Source of the DNA: Promethearchaeota archaeon
Lineage (GTDB): Archaea > Asgardarchaeota > Hermodarchaeia > Hermodarchaeales > Hermodarchaeaceae
Reading direction: 5' to 3'
DNA length: 64,000 nt
Assembly: GCA_048938385.1 (NCBI GenBank)
Contig: JBHLMG010000002.1
Location: 96,001 to 160,000 of the forward strand
The notes under the pieces are model-generated. The model was given only the letters and a program-made list of their open reading frames with translations. It was not told the DNA's origin and did not search any database. Shown piece by piece: positions 39,573 through 49,826 of the stretch. The translations under genes were made by a program, and so were the position numbers. How positions within the stretch are numbered: the first letter of the stretch is position 1; each line of letters opens with the position of its first letter.

Positions 39573-40985
39573 GTGAATGTTCGGAATGTCTTGCAGGAAA
39601 TAGATTCACAATTCGATCAGTCTATTCAGGAGTTACAGGAATTTCTCCGTCAGCCGAGCATCAGTGGAACCGGTGCTGGAATCAACCGTACGATCTATCA
39701 AGTGCTCTCTAAGCTCGAGGCATTGGGTTTTCATGCGACCATTCACCCGACACCCAGCAATCCAATTCTTTTTGGTACACACCTTGACGCTGGCGATAAA
39801 GCACCTATTCTTTTGCTCCAAACTTCTATCGATGTCATGACTACAGAAAATGAAGCTTGGTGGTCAGTACCTCCTTTCGCAGCAGAAATCAAAGACACAC
39901 CTCGTTTCGGTCCCTGTCTTATTGCGCGAGGGGCATACACGCAAAAAGCTACTCTCATGGCACTCCTCCAAGCCTTGACGGTCATCAAGGAAGCGGGCGA
40001 AGAATTCCCCGTTAACCTTATGATCGTTGTTGATAGCGAAGAAGAAAGTGGAAGTCCAAGTCTTGCGAATTTCGTCAAGAGCCATCAAACTGAAATTCAA
40101 AAGGTGGATGCCGTTTACTACCCTTTTTTTTCTACCGACCGTCGAGGAGTCGCGCGGATGTTCCTAGGCACTAAAGGAATTGTGTTTTTACGCCTTCGAT
40201 GTCAAGGTCCTTCCACACGGGATCTTCATTCCGCTGAAGTGGGCTGGATCCGTAATCCTGCACATATTCTCACCAAAGCGCTATCTTTGCTCGTAGACAT
40301 CCACGGACATCCTCTTATCCCTGGCCTTCTTGACGATGTGATTCCTCCCTCCCAAGATGATGAACGCCTGCTCGCTCTTCTGGCAGAATCCTTCGACCCT
40401 GGTATTGCCGCGCTCCAACTGGATGCTCGCAATCTCAGCATTGAAGCCGATTCCTTGCAGGATCTTTTACGGCGATTTCTCTTCAAGCCTACAGTGAATA
40501 TTTCGGGTATACAGACAGGTTATGTTGGTAACTCTTACAAGACCATTCTTCCTCGCGAAGCTAGTGCACACGTAGACATCCGCTTAACTCCTAACGAAAA
40601 TCCCCAACAAGTCCATCAAATCGTGAAAGACTACCTCAAAGAACAAGGACTCGCAAATCTTGTCGAAATCGAGCTAGGCTACACCATGAACTGGGCTAAA
40701 TCCAGTGACAACACACAAATAGCGAAGGCCTTGATGAAATCGTATTACGATGTGGGTGTCGATAATGTCGAAGTCTGGCCGATGTTTCCTTCCAGTATCC
40801 CACTATATGTCTATGCTGATCCCCCACTCCAGAAACCCTTCGTCATTGGCGGATTAGGTCACGGTGGACATGCACACGGTCGTGATGAATATTTCGTCGT
40901 GGAAGGCATCCGACACTTTCAAAAAGGATTCACATACTTCCTCCACGAGTATAGCCAGTTTCGCAGTGGTAGTAGCAGTGGTTGA
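39573..40985 (+). CDS. M20/M25/M40 family metallopeptidase
   Basis: FLRQPSIS, W..PPF, ARGA, SEEESGS, AHGRDEY. Confidence 0.88.
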   Translation: MNVRNVLQEIDSQFDQSIQELQEFLRQPSISGTGAGINRTIYQVLSKLEALGFHATIHPTPSNPILFGTHLDAGDKAPILLLQTSIDVMTTENEAWWSVPPFAAEIKDTPRFGPCLIARGAYTQKATLMALLQALTVIKEAGEEFPVNLMIVVDSEEESGSPSLANFVKSHQTEIQKVDAVYYPFFSTDRRGVARMFLGTKGIVFLRLRCQGPSTRDLHSAEVGWIRNPAHILTKALSLLVDIHGHPLIPGLLDDVIPPSQDDERLLALLAESFDPGIAALQLDARNLSIEADSLQDLLRRFLFKPTVNISGIQTGYVGNSYKTILPREASAHVDIRLTPNENPQQVHQIVKDYLKEQGLANLVEIELGYTMNWAKSSDNTQIAKALMKSYYDVGVDNVEVWPMFPSSIPLYVYADPPLQKPFVIGGLGHGGHAHGRDEYFVVEGIRHFQKGFTYFLHEYSQFRSGSSSG

Positions 40986-41773
40986 TCATGGCGCTTCGAG
41001 TTGAACTCCTCATAATCGGAAACGAAATTTTGTCAGGACGAACCCTTGATACTAACTCACAATGGCTTGCACAGCATCTATTTGAACTCGGATTACCTGT
41101 GGATCGAATTCAAGTTATTAAGGATAATGTAGCCACCATTGCCAAAGCTATCCAAGAAGCACGAGCTCGAAATACAACACTCCTTTTCACTTCTGGAGGG
41201 CTAGGACCAACCTTTGATGATCTTACTGCTAAAGGTTTATCATTGGCAACAAACACTCAACTTAAATTGCATCCCGATGCCTTACGCCTAATCACCGATC
41301 GTTATGAAGTCCTAAAGGGTCAAGGGTTGGTTGAATCTGCAACAATCACCCCACCACGACAGAAAATGGCTCTCCTGCCCCAGGGTGCAGAACCACTCCT
41401 AAACCTAGTAGGAACCGCCCCTGGAATACGACTGTCTTTTGAACCAACCACAATTTACTGTTTGCCAGGAGTGCCTGAAGAACTACATTCTATGTTTCTG
41501 CATGTAGTAGCCCCTCAAATTGCTAGCCTAACTGAGAAAATATTCCTGCAAGAAGTAACCAAGGTTACTATTTTCGAGGAGGCCGGGATTGCTCCTATTC
41601 TTGTAAAAATTATGAAAAAGTATCCTGAAGCCTATCTAAAATCCTTACCACATTCCCATCAGAATCATAAACCACTTCAGGTTGCCATAACCGTCTCTGC
41701 TCCAACCCATTCTAAGGCTAAACGGCTAATTCGCCAGGTAATCAAAACCCTCCAGGAATCTACTCAATGCTAG
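40982..41773 (+). CDS. CinA-like molybdopterin-binding domain protein
   Basis: IGNEILSGRTLDTN, SGGLGPTFDDLT, GTAPG, LPGVPEE. Confidence 0.92.
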   Translation: MIMALRVELLIIGNEILSGRTLDTNSQWLAQHLFELGLPVDRIQVIKDNVATIAKAIQEARARNTTLLFTSGGLGPTFDDLTAKGLSLATNTQLKLHPDALRLITDRYEVLKGQGLVESATITPPRQKMALLPQGAEPLLNLVGTAPGIRLSFEPTTIYCLPGVPEELHSMFLHVVAPQIASLTEKIFLQEVTKVTIFEEAGIAPILVKIMKKYPEAYLKSLPHSHQNHKPLQVAITVSAPTHSKAKRLIRQVIKTLQESTQC

Positions 41774-41839
41774 GCGTTAGGCCACCTTGGTTCCTCTAAG
41801 AGAATAAATAGAATCATGTCATTGAAGGAAAGGGATTGG

Positions 41840-42067
41840 CTAATCCTCATCAATGCGAAGACCGAGTACTTCATCCAACTTGTGGTGTGTTTTCTCTTCG
41901 AGTTTCTCAAGGGCATTTTGTAGAAAATCTTTCGTTGTCCGATTACTCTCGGGGTGTTCAGCCTTCCAAGCGAGGAAAGACGATATTAACTCAAGGGCGT
42001 CAATCACTCCCCGAAGATATCGAGGATCAAGGTTTTGTTCTAAATTTTTCATTAGCGATTTCACCAA
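41840..42067 (-). CDS. small hypothetical protein
   Basis: 75-aa helical ORF that fills the gap between flanking genes. Confidence 0.55.
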   Translation of the reverse strand: MVKSLMKNLEQNLDPRYLRGVIDALELISSFLAWKAEHPESNRTTKDFLQNALEKLEEKTHHKLDEVLGLRIDED

Positions 42068-42324
42068 ACGAGAGAATTACTATATGAGGGTCTCGATTTC
42101 CAAGATAAAACTCTTCTCCATCTCTTGTCACTCTTTTACTAATGTTTCCCGAAACGCAATTTCCTTTTGACTTCTTTGATAAGAAAAGCGATTTTGTACG
42201 GTTTAGAATTCCTTTAAAACGCGTTTTTTCTTCCGAAGGTTATCGGACTACTTATATAAGCTGGAAAAAAAACCTATTCAAGGCATATACTCCAAATGGA
42301 GCAGGTACGAAAGGGGAATTTACC

Positions 42325-42807
42325 TTGCTCGACCAAAAGGACCGTAAGATATTACGCGAACTTGAGCGGGATTGCCGTCAACGAACCAATCAAATCGCAA
42401 AAGCAACAAATGTTCCTGTAACTACGGTCCATAACCGGATTAAGAAACTCTCTTCATCTGGTCATATCACCTGCTTTCGTGCCATTCTTGATCCGGAGAA
42501 ACTGGATAAACCACTTGTATCCTTCGTTTTTGTTTCACTCAACCGGAATACCTCTGAACAGCTCGAAGGACAGTCTGACCGAGAACTCATTAATAAAATC
42601 GCGGCCCATCCCGCAATTCAAGAAGTCCACTCAACAACGGGTGATTGGGATCTTCTGTTGAAGATACGAGCCAAGGACATTAGTGAACTCGAAGATATCA
42701 TCATGACACAACTTCGAGAACCTAAACTCATTGAGCGTGCTCAAACCATTTGCGCTATGGCTACATACAAGGAAACCACAAACCTGTTGTATAATGGTGT
42801 AGGCTAG
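42325..42807 (+). CDS. Lrp/AsnC family regulator (TTG start at 42325)
   Basis: LDQKDRKILREL, TTVHNRIKKL, TTGDWDLLLKI. Confidence 0.93.
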   Translation: MLDQKDRKILRELERDCRQRTNQIAKATNVPVTTVHNRIKKLSSSGHITCFRAILDPEKLDKPLVSFVFVSLNRNTSEQLEGQSDRELINKIAAHPAIQEVHSTTGDWDLLLKIRAKDISELEDIIMTQLREPKLIERAQTICAMATYKETTNLLYNGVG

Positions 42808-42811
42808 ACTT

Positions 42812-43423
42812 TTGGTGGCAATGAATCCTCTGTTTTTAGCTTCCCAGTCTCCTCGTCGTGCTGCGTTACTCTCTCAACTTGGCCTCGTCTTTCAAGTCCT
42901 AAAACCCAAAGCGCGGGAATCAAGGATTACTGATTCCACTGATGTTGGAATAATCCAACTAGCGGAACAAAATGCCCTGGAAAAAGCCCAGAGTGTTCTT
43001 GACTCGGTACAAGACGGCCTGATTCTTAGCGGGGACACGATGGTTGTGACCCAAAACAATCAAGTTCTGGGAAAACCGACCACGGCGCAAGAGGCCTTGG
43101 TGATGCTCAAAGGGCTCGTGGGGACTTGGCATCGGGTTATTTCTGCTGTAGCAGTAATATCTGCTAACACAAAAAAAGCAAGAGTGGATCATGTCTGGAC
43201 CACAGTCACCTTCCGAAAAGTACCAATAGACGCTCTAAAATGTTATATCGCAATACAAGAACCTCTTGGAAAAGCTGGAGGTTATGCCATTCAGGGCAAA
43301 GGAATGTTTCTCATTGAGAAGATCGATGGCAGCCACTCTGCAGTTATCGGACTTCCATTAGAATTAGTCGTTTCACTATTAATGGACCATGGAGTTGAGG
43401 TTTGGCACTACTGGATGGGTTGA
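42812..43423 (+). CDS. maf: Maf family nucleoside-triphosphate pyrophosphatase
   Basis: LASQSPRR, GDTMV, LGKP, KAGGYAIQG, VIGLP. Confidence 0.93.
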   Translation: MVAMNPLFLASQSPRRAALLSQLGLVFQVLKPKARESRITDSTDVGIIQLAEQNALEKAQSVLDSVQDGLILSGDTMVVTQNNQVLGKPTTAQEALVMLKGLVGTWHRVISAVAVISANTKKARVDHVWTTVTFRKVPIDALKCYIAIQEPLGKAGGYAIQGKGMFLIEKIDGSHSAVIGLPLELVVSLLMDHGVEVWHYWMG

Positions 43424-44007
43424 GGATCCGGAAGGAAACTGGATGCTATCAGATGTGCTACGCGCACAGGTTCGGGAATTCGACTTCTTGTTGCAGTTTT
43501 CTGAACCAATTCCACGGCTTGCTTAAAGGGTAAACCAATCCATTGGAGGAAGATGGGGACTCGTCCAGAGCGTGATTTCACCGCACGAATGGGTCCCGCT
43601 GCCTTAAGCGTCGCCAATTTCTCCTCCCAATGATCAGGACTAATCCGCTGAAACGCTGTTTTCACACGATTCATATCTGGTTTCGAGTCGGATACGGCGA
43701 TTACCGGAAGACCAGTGGATTCTACTAGCCTTGGAAGATGCAAGACATTCACACCAGCAAAAATGGTATCCGCAGTCATTATCACACGGAGCTGTCCTTG
43801 ATGGGGAGATTCACTGATCATCCTTGCGAGCTGTTCATTGACATCAGACCCATCTACGCGAATTGGGCCTTGTAGACAACCCTCCATCCATTTTCCTCCA
43901 CGAAAGACTACTCCTACAAGACGGGTCCATTCATCCACTCCGCGGCGAAATCGCGCATCATCAACACCAAGAATCCGTATTTCCTCTTTGACCTGCCGGA
44001 ACTTCAT
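43408..44007 (-). CDS. DUF99 / UPF0215 (endonuclease V-like) protein
   Basis: IRILGVDD, VGVVFRG, VDGSD, RIPEPVRVAHLIAS. Confidence 0.9.
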   Translation of the reverse strand: MKFRQVKEEIRILGVDDARFRRGVDEWTRLVGVVFRGGKWMEGCLQGPIRVDGSDVNEQLARMISESPHQGQLRVIMTADTIFAGVNVLHLPRLVESTGLPVIAVSDSKPDMNRVKTAFQRISPDHWEEKLATLKAAGPIRAVKSRSGRVPIFLQWIGLPFKQAVELVQKTATRSRIPEPVRVAHLIASSFLPDPQPIQ

Positions 44008-44160
44008 TCTAATTCACGCTCTTGGTTTCATACAATGTGTCTCTTTATGGGAATTAATTATGTCAAGATTTCGCCTAGACATATTATACAATACTAAACC
44101 TAACCCTTACCGGCTTAAAAAGCGAAAGCCTAAATACCCCAGTCACCTCAGAGCGCCCAA

Positions 44161-44751
44161 GTGCAGAGTGATCTACTGATGCCAGGGTCGAAACATCCCC
44201 CTGCTATTGAAGATTCAGCGCAAGTACTAGTAATCCGAGCTAGTGAGCTCTCTAACAAACTGGCAAAACTCCCCAAAACTGAGCTGATGTTGCTTAAGCG
44301 AATTTATGAAACCCCTAATGACGAACAAGCCCAAAAGGTCATTAATAAGGCATTTCTCACCGAATATTCTATTCACGAATTACGCGTTGCCCTCGCTGCT
44401 CTCGACGGTGTTCACGAACTACCACTTAGCGAATGCCCTATCGGCTACGCAAACGCCAAACCCTGGAAACCACAAAAGAACACCTCTCCCCTACCACCAC
44501 AACGCATAAAATCCCCCTCCAGTGAGGCACCCCCTCTACCTTCTGCCAAAGCCACCATGGAGATCAGCACAATCCTCACAAGCATGGCTATGGATGATTT
44601 TCAATGGCTCCTTAAAAACTTCGGAACCCCACGCGATCTTCGATCACGACTGATCATCATTAAACATCGGTTGTATCAATATCGATGGGAAGATGTCGCG
44701 GCAACACTTGCTGCATTACAACGAACCCTCCCATCAGATGAATCTGAATAA
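44161..44751 (+). CDS. hypothetical protein, paralog 1 (internal duplicated helical domain)
   Basis: Clear similarity to 44836..45453. Confidence 0.75.
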   Translation: MQSDLLMPGSKHPPAIEDSAQVLVIRASELSNKLAKLPKTELMLLKRIYETPNDEQAQKVINKAFLTEYSIHELRVALAALDGVHELPLSECPIGYANAKPWKPQKNTSPLPPQRIKSPSSEAPPLPSAKATMEISTILTSMAMDDFQWLLKNFGTPRDLRSRLIIIKHRLYQYRWEDVAATLAALQRTLPSDESE

Positions 44752-44835
44752 TCTCCTCACCTTTCTTTTTTCCCAAATGGGAATATCTATATCACACGGT
44801 GTGTTACTCTCTACATCGCGAGAAGGGATCTAGTA

Positions 44836-45453
44836 TTGAATAATAGAAATCGACCTCCCTATGTACAGTCAAAACGGGTGAAGGTGCATCGAGCCCGTCA
44901 ACTTTCCGATAAACTCTCTTCCCTTCCTAACGACGAGTTACGACTCCTTCGAAAGTTCATAAATAATCCTCAAGCGCCAGGTATTCAACAAATCCTCGCT
45001 AAACCCGTCCTAGCTGAATATACTATACAAGAACTCAGCGTTGCCCTAGCCATACTTAGTGGTATGGGAGAGATTTCCCTTCCCGCCATGAGTCCCCCTA
45101 CAGGTACGGTTCATATCCGAGATATTAGCTATCCACCTAAAGCTCCATCATTACCGACAGTTAGCCTCATTGATGATCAAAACTCTCATATTCCCCACCA
45201 AATTAACCCCCAAATCGCCCATACGCTATCAACACTTGCGGATGAAGATTTTCTTCATCTGGCCCAGTACATCAATAACCCACGAGACCCACGCAGCCGG
45301 TTTCTTCTGATCCGCTACCATTTATACCGATTCTCTCGTGAAGATCTTGCAACTACTATCGCAACTTTACTTCGACTCCGTCGTCGAAAACGCTTCGAAT
45401 CTAGCAAGTCACAACCATCCCGGCTCTCCCTTACATCCCCCAAATTCTCCTGA
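44836..45453 (+). CDS. hypothetical protein, paralog 2 (internal duplicated helical domain)
   Basis: Clear similarity to 44161..44751. Confidence 0.75.
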   Translation: MNNRNRPPYVQSKRVKVHRARQLSDKLSSLPNDELRLLRKFINNPQAPGIQQILAKPVLAEYTIQELSVALAILSGMGEISLPAMSPPTGTVHIRDISYPPKAPSLPTVSLIDDQNSHIPHQINPQIAHTLSTLADEDFLHLAQYINNPRDPRSRFLLIRYHLYRFSREDLATTIATLLRLRRRKRFESSKSQPSRLSLTSPKFS

Positions 45454-45533
45454 TATATGCGATCAAAATATGAAAGCACTTTTACCCCTCCTGTTATTGA
45501 AAACACTACAACCTACAGCGAAGGTGACACGCT

Positions 45534-46796
45534 TTGGAACCCGAACAATGTGAAGAGCCTAATCCCTATCATGTTGCTGTACAACAACTTGAAATCGTAG
45601 CTGAAAAAATGAACCTTCAAGCTGACATTCTCGAACTGCTAAAACACCCTAAACGCACCCTTATTGTGTCCCTACCTATCCGTATGGACGATGGTCGCAT
45701 CAAAGTCTTCACTGGTATGCGTGTCCAACATTGGGATGCATTTGGCCCGTTCAAAGGTGGTATTCGCTATCATCCCAAAGTTTGCCTTGATGAGGTAAAG
45801 GCCTTAGCGATTTGGATGTCAATCAAAACAGCAGTAGTGGGTCTACCATATGGCGGAGCAAAGGGCGGAATTGTTTGTAATCCAAAAGAGATGAGTGATA
45901 ATGAGCTTGAGCACTTAACACGCCGGTTTACACATGAAATCATGGAGATTATTGGTCCTTATCGAGATGTTCCCGCCCCTGATGTCTATACTTCTGAGCG
46001 GGAAATGGCCTGGATTTATGATACATATTCGGAGGCACAGGGATATGCAACCCCTGAAGTCGTCACTGGGAAACCCATCGCTGTTGGTGGGAGTTTAGGT
46101 CGAAAGGAAGCGACCAGTCGTGGTGTAGTTATCACAGTTAGAGAGGCTGCAAAACGCCTGAAGCTTCCTCTTAAAGGTGCCACTGTAGCCATTCAAGGAT
46201 ATGGAAATGTCGGCTATAATGCTGCGGTCCTCATAGCTGAGTATGGGTCCAAAATCGTAGCAGTGAGTGATTCGCAGGGGGGTATTTACAATCCCGATGG
46301 TTTTGCTCCCAATGCTGTGATGGCTCACAAAAACGAAACTGGTTCCGTGGTCGGATATCCTGGCACTCAATCAGTTACCAACAACGAACTCCTCGAACTG
46401 GAAGTTGACATTCTCATCCCGGCAGCGTTAGAAAACCAAATTCTAGCCAAGAATGCTCCTAACATCAAGGCGAAAATTATTGGCGAAGGCGCCAATGGAC
46501 CTACGACACCAGAAGCCGACGAAATCTTGTACAAGAATGGCGTCTTTGTAGTACCTGACATCCTTGCGAACGCAGGTGGTGTCACGGTGAGTTACATGGA
46601 GTGGGTGCAGAACCTCACTCGAGAGTCTTGGACTGAGGAAGAAGTAAACTCGAAATTAGAAGCCCGCATGGTAAAGGCATTCGATGAAGTTTTCACTGTC
46701 CATCAAAAAGAAAAGGTACACATGCGAACTGCTGCTTACATCGTAGCACTCACCCGGATCGCAGAAGCTGTAAAAGCCCGAGGCATTTTTCCCTAA
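45534..46796 (+). CDS. gdhA: glutamate dehydrogenase
   Basis: GPFKGGIRYHP, GGAKGG, DVPAPD, VTGKP, IQGYGNVG, EGANGP, ANAGGVTVSY. Confidence 0.96.
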   Translation: MEPEQCEEPNPYHVAVQQLEIVAEKMNLQADILELLKHPKRTLIVSLPIRMDDGRIKVFTGMRVQHWDAFGPFKGGIRYHPKVCLDEVKALAIWMSIKTAVVGLPYGGAKGGIVCNPKEMSDNELEHLTRRFTHEIMEIIGPYRDVPAPDVYTSEREMAWIYDTYSEAQGYATPEVVTGKPIAVGGSLGRKEATSRGVVITVREAAKRLKLPLKGATVAIQGYGNVGYNAAVLIAEYGSKIVAVSDSQGGIYNPDGFAPNAVMAHKNETGSVVGYPGTQSVTNNELLELEVDILIPAALENQILAKNAPNIKAKIIGEGANGPTTPEADEILYKNGVFVVPDILANAGGVTVSYMEWVQNLTRESWTEEEVNSKLEARMVKAFDEVFTVHQKEKVHMRTAAYIVALTRIAEAVKARGIFP

Positions 46797-46921
46797 TCAA
46801 TGAACCTTCTCCTCTCAGTCCTCTTTGGATATCCACAGCATCTCCAATTGCTAGCTACAAAAAAAGTCAAACTGATAAGCTTGAATTACTCACACATTCC
46901 TGAATTAAGGCGGTCTCATCA

Positions 46922-47617
46922 GTGCAACTTGAGATACTCAATGGCATAATCTGGTCAATCTTTTGGGGCGGTTGGCTTGTGTTTATCGCTGCGTGCATCG
47001 CTCAAGCACTCAAAAAGAGTAGGGGTCAAACAAAAAGACCACCACAACCCCCTCCTGCCTATCAACCGTCAGTTCGTCCCCGATATTTACAGACTCCCTC
47101 ACGCGGTATTGCTCCGGAAATTAAATTAGCTATGTGCCCTGAATGTGAAGCTACCATCCTTGCCCATGTAACCGTTTGCCCTCACTGTAATACATCGCGT
47201 CCAATTTGTATGATCTGTCGTTATCCTTTTCCTTTGGATGCTGTGGCTCTTGCATGCCCGAATTGTGGAGGCCTAGCTCATCGTGTGCACATTCTTGAAT
47301 ACTTAAAAGGAAAGGGGGTGTGCCCCAACTGCCAGCAAACTTTGGATGTCCAAGACCTCGTCGAACAGCGCGTCGGTGCCACTTCTCAACATCCCCCCTC
47401 AACATACCTTCAATTTCTCTGCATCGTATGCCATCACAACCTCCAGAATACCGATCAAATACTTGAATGTCCACATTGTGAAGGCAAAGCACATCGAATA
47501 CACTTCCTCGAGTATCTCAAAGTTAAAGGAAGGTGCCCCAGTTGTCTGGCAGAGTTAGATCCACATCAACTTATTTCCAAAATTGGTCTAGATTCATCTG
47601 ATGAAAGTGTGGAGTAA
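46922..47617 (+). CDS. membrane-anchored zinc-ribbon plus tandem RING-like protein
   Basis: N-terminal TM, Pro-rich linker, CPEC..CPHC, two C-x2-C...C-x2-C-x4-H-x2-H...C-x2-C units. Confidence 0.8.
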   Translation: MQLEILNGIIWSIFWGGWLVFIAACIAQALKKSRGQTKRPPQPPPAYQPSVRPRYLQTPSRGIAPEIKLAMCPECEATILAHVTVCPHCNTSRPICMICRYPFPLDAVALACPNCGGLAHRVHILEYLKGKGVCPNCQQTLDVQDLVEQRVGATSQHPPSTYLQFLCIVCHHNLQNTDQILECPHCEGKAHRIHFLEYLKVKGRCPSCLAELDPHQLISKIGLDSSDESVE

Positions 47618-47646
47618 AAAGAAAAACAGGGGCTGAGCAGTTTTGC

Positions 47647-49245
47647 TCAGCCGAGTATTTGGTCGAAGACATCGGCTTCGACTTCGTGTGGCATTTGAAT
47701 TCCTGTGACATCCCTAGCTAGAGGGGTAAGAGCCATCAAATCATTCCGATCCACCAAGTGCAGTTTGAACTTTCGCATACCTGCAATGAGCTGCTGGATA
47801 CCGATACGAATGCGTTCAAAGTAGGTGTAGACACCAATCGCGGGCTTCGGAATCTGGTTATATTCGTTTCCAAAATGCCTTTTCAGTTCCGCAGAGGCAA
47901 TGAAGAACTTCTCAGGATCATCACCATAATCCTCTACAAAGCTCTTTGGCAAGTTCCCTTCTTTGGCTAACTGCGTGAAGTAGTCGCTTTTCATCGCTGC
48001 CGTTAGGGGTGAACGGGCCACAGCTACAGCTTTGAAGAAGGGGCCGTTTCCAAAGTTACTCATCGCGATTGCTTTCACAATCTGCGCCTCATGGATGAAA
48101 CCGCCAGCAATTGATATGTCAGGGATATGCTTACCCTTCTTCTTCAAAATTTGGCACCCTTTGAGAACCTGGGCTGCAAGATACACTGTTGGTGTACTAA
48201 GTTCATTCATGTGAGCCATGGGGCTCATACCAGTTCCACCACCTGCACCATCAAGGGTGAGCATATCGACTTTGCCTTCGCTAGCAGCTTTGAGAGCAAA
48301 GGCTGTAGCAGCTGGGCGGTATGCACCCGTTTTGAGAAAGACTTTCTTTGCACCTTGCTCACGGAGCCATTCAAGATCCTCAATGCAGCTCAAATCGGGC
48401 ATACCTACGCGACTGTGCCGTTCAAAGGTCTTGATTGACCCGTTTTTGAAGGCTTCTTGAACAACGGGGTCTTCAGGGTCAGGGAGGACAATGTATCCAC
48501 GACTCTTAAGCAGCTTGGCTCGCTCAAGGGTCTTTAGACGAACTTCGCCACCAATAGACTTGGCGCCCTGGCCCCACTTGCGTTCGATCACATTCACTTC
48601 GAGCTTGGAAATTGCGTAGAGATCAACACCAAGCCGTTGGTCTTCGACATTGGTTTGAACGACGATATCACCGTGTTTGCCATCCCAGAATTTTCGATAT
48701 GCGTCAATACGGAATTGCAGATCAGGTGAATGAGATATTTTTCCACCTGTGCTTTTACTTTCATTGTCCATTCCGCAGACATTCTCGCCAACGGTCTGAA
48801 TCGTTCCTGCAATTGCAGAACCCATGGAGATGCCTTCCCAATGATTTTTCGCCACTGCCGTGGAGCCCAATCCTGCGATGAGCATGGGCAGCTTTAATGG
48901 GATACCACCTACCGAGGTGGACGCATCGGCGTTTGGGAAAATGGCAATATCTGAGTTAGCTTCGATTCCTTCAGCGCCTTGGAGTGCTGCCAGCAGCTGA
49001 AAGTTTGACCAATCGAGCCCAAAGTCCTTGTTGGCTGACGCTGTGCTTTGCCCAAAATACTCGTTTGTGGGGTAGAGCACTTCGTGGCCACGAAATGCAG
49101 ATTTACTGATCATACAGAGGACCTTGCAGTCTCGGATGCAGATACCGCACATTCCGCTAACGGGGTTAGGGTCTCTTGTGCGGAGGGCTGTACCGTCGGT
49201 GGATCGTGCGTTACATAGACTATCATCCATCACGATAAACCTCAT
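47647..49245 (-). CDS. FMN-binding glutamate synthase family protein (archaeal stand-alone GltB-like)
   Basis: SGMCGIC, AGLGST, GENVCGMD, KWGQGAK.IGGE, DGAGGGTGMSP, IAGGF. Confidence 0.9.
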   Translation of the reverse strand: MRFIVMDDSLCNARSTDGTALRTRDPNPVSGMCGICIRDCKVLCMISKSAFRGHEVLYPTNEYFGQSTASANKDFGLDWSNFQLLAALQGAEGIEANSDIAIFPNADASTSVGGIPLKLPMLIAGLGSTAVAKNHWEGISMGSAIAGTIQTVGENVCGMDNESKSTGGKISHSPDLQFRIDAYRKFWDGKHGDIVVQTNVEDQRLGVDLYAISKLEVNVIERKWGQGAKSIGGEVRLKTLERAKLLKSRGYIVLPDPEDPVVQEAFKNGSIKTFERHSRVGMPDLSCIEDLEWLREQGAKKVFLKTGAYRPAATAFALKAASEGKVDMLTLDGAGGGTGMSPMAHMNELSTPTVYLAAQVLKGCQILKKKGKHIPDISIAGGFIHEAQIVKAIAMSNFGNGPFFKAVAVARSPLTAAMKSDYFTQLAKEGNLPKSFVEDYGDDPEKFFIASAELKRHFGNEYNQIPKPAIGVYTYFERIRIGIQQLIAGMRKFKLHLVDRNDLMALTPLARDVTGIQMPHEVEADVFDQILG

Positions 49246-49414
49246 GTTTAATGTGTCGTGGGGGGGTCTTCACAATTGTAAAGAGGACTTGCCGTTTAGG
49301 TGGTCCAGTTAAAAAGACTTTGGTTGTATGGAACGGGCTACAAAGCTTATGTGGCGTTTGGAGATAGAAAGCCTTAAGCTCACTTATTTTCAAATAGGAT
49401 GGGAGGTTTTGTCA

Positions 49415-49627
49415 ATGGGTGTTATCAAAGTCATCGAATTAGTTGGAAACTCGACAAAAAGCTGGGAAGACGCAGCGAATAATGCTGTCAAGACGGCAGC
49501 AAAGACGCTACGTGGACTTGTCGGTGCAGATATTGAAGGCATGACTGCTGTCGTTAAAGATGGCAAAATCATCGAATACCGTGCGACTGTCAAGATAGCC
49601 TTTATGATCGAAGATGTTAAAGGATAG
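49415..49627 (+). CDS. dodecin family protein
   Basis: KVIELVGNSTKSWEDAANNAV...EYRATVKIAF; ATG at 49415 after GGGAGG. Confidence 0.92.
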   Translation: MGVIKVIELVGNSTKSWEDAANNAVKTAAKTLRGLVGADIEGMTAVVKDGKIIEYRATVKIAFMIEDVKG

Positions 49628-49639
49628 TTGCCTTCTTGG

Positions 49640-49673
49640 GGGGGACGCTAATGTCCCTCGCCTTTCCTTTTTT
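49640..49673 (+). terminator. GC hairpin plus U-rich tract after dodecin
   Basis: GGGGGAC-GCTAAT-GTCCCTC followed by CCTTTCCTTTTTT. Confidence 0.55.
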
Positions 49674-49826
49674 ATTAGCGACCACCGCTGTGTCTTCTAT
49701 TGACTTCTTCTTTTTTAATCCGTCTCAATGGTTTACACGCGAGAATTGTTATTAACATCCTTTCAAATGGAAACACAAATTAAGTTCATTTCGGGAATTA
49801 TTTGCCCTACTAATCGAGGGTTTCAT

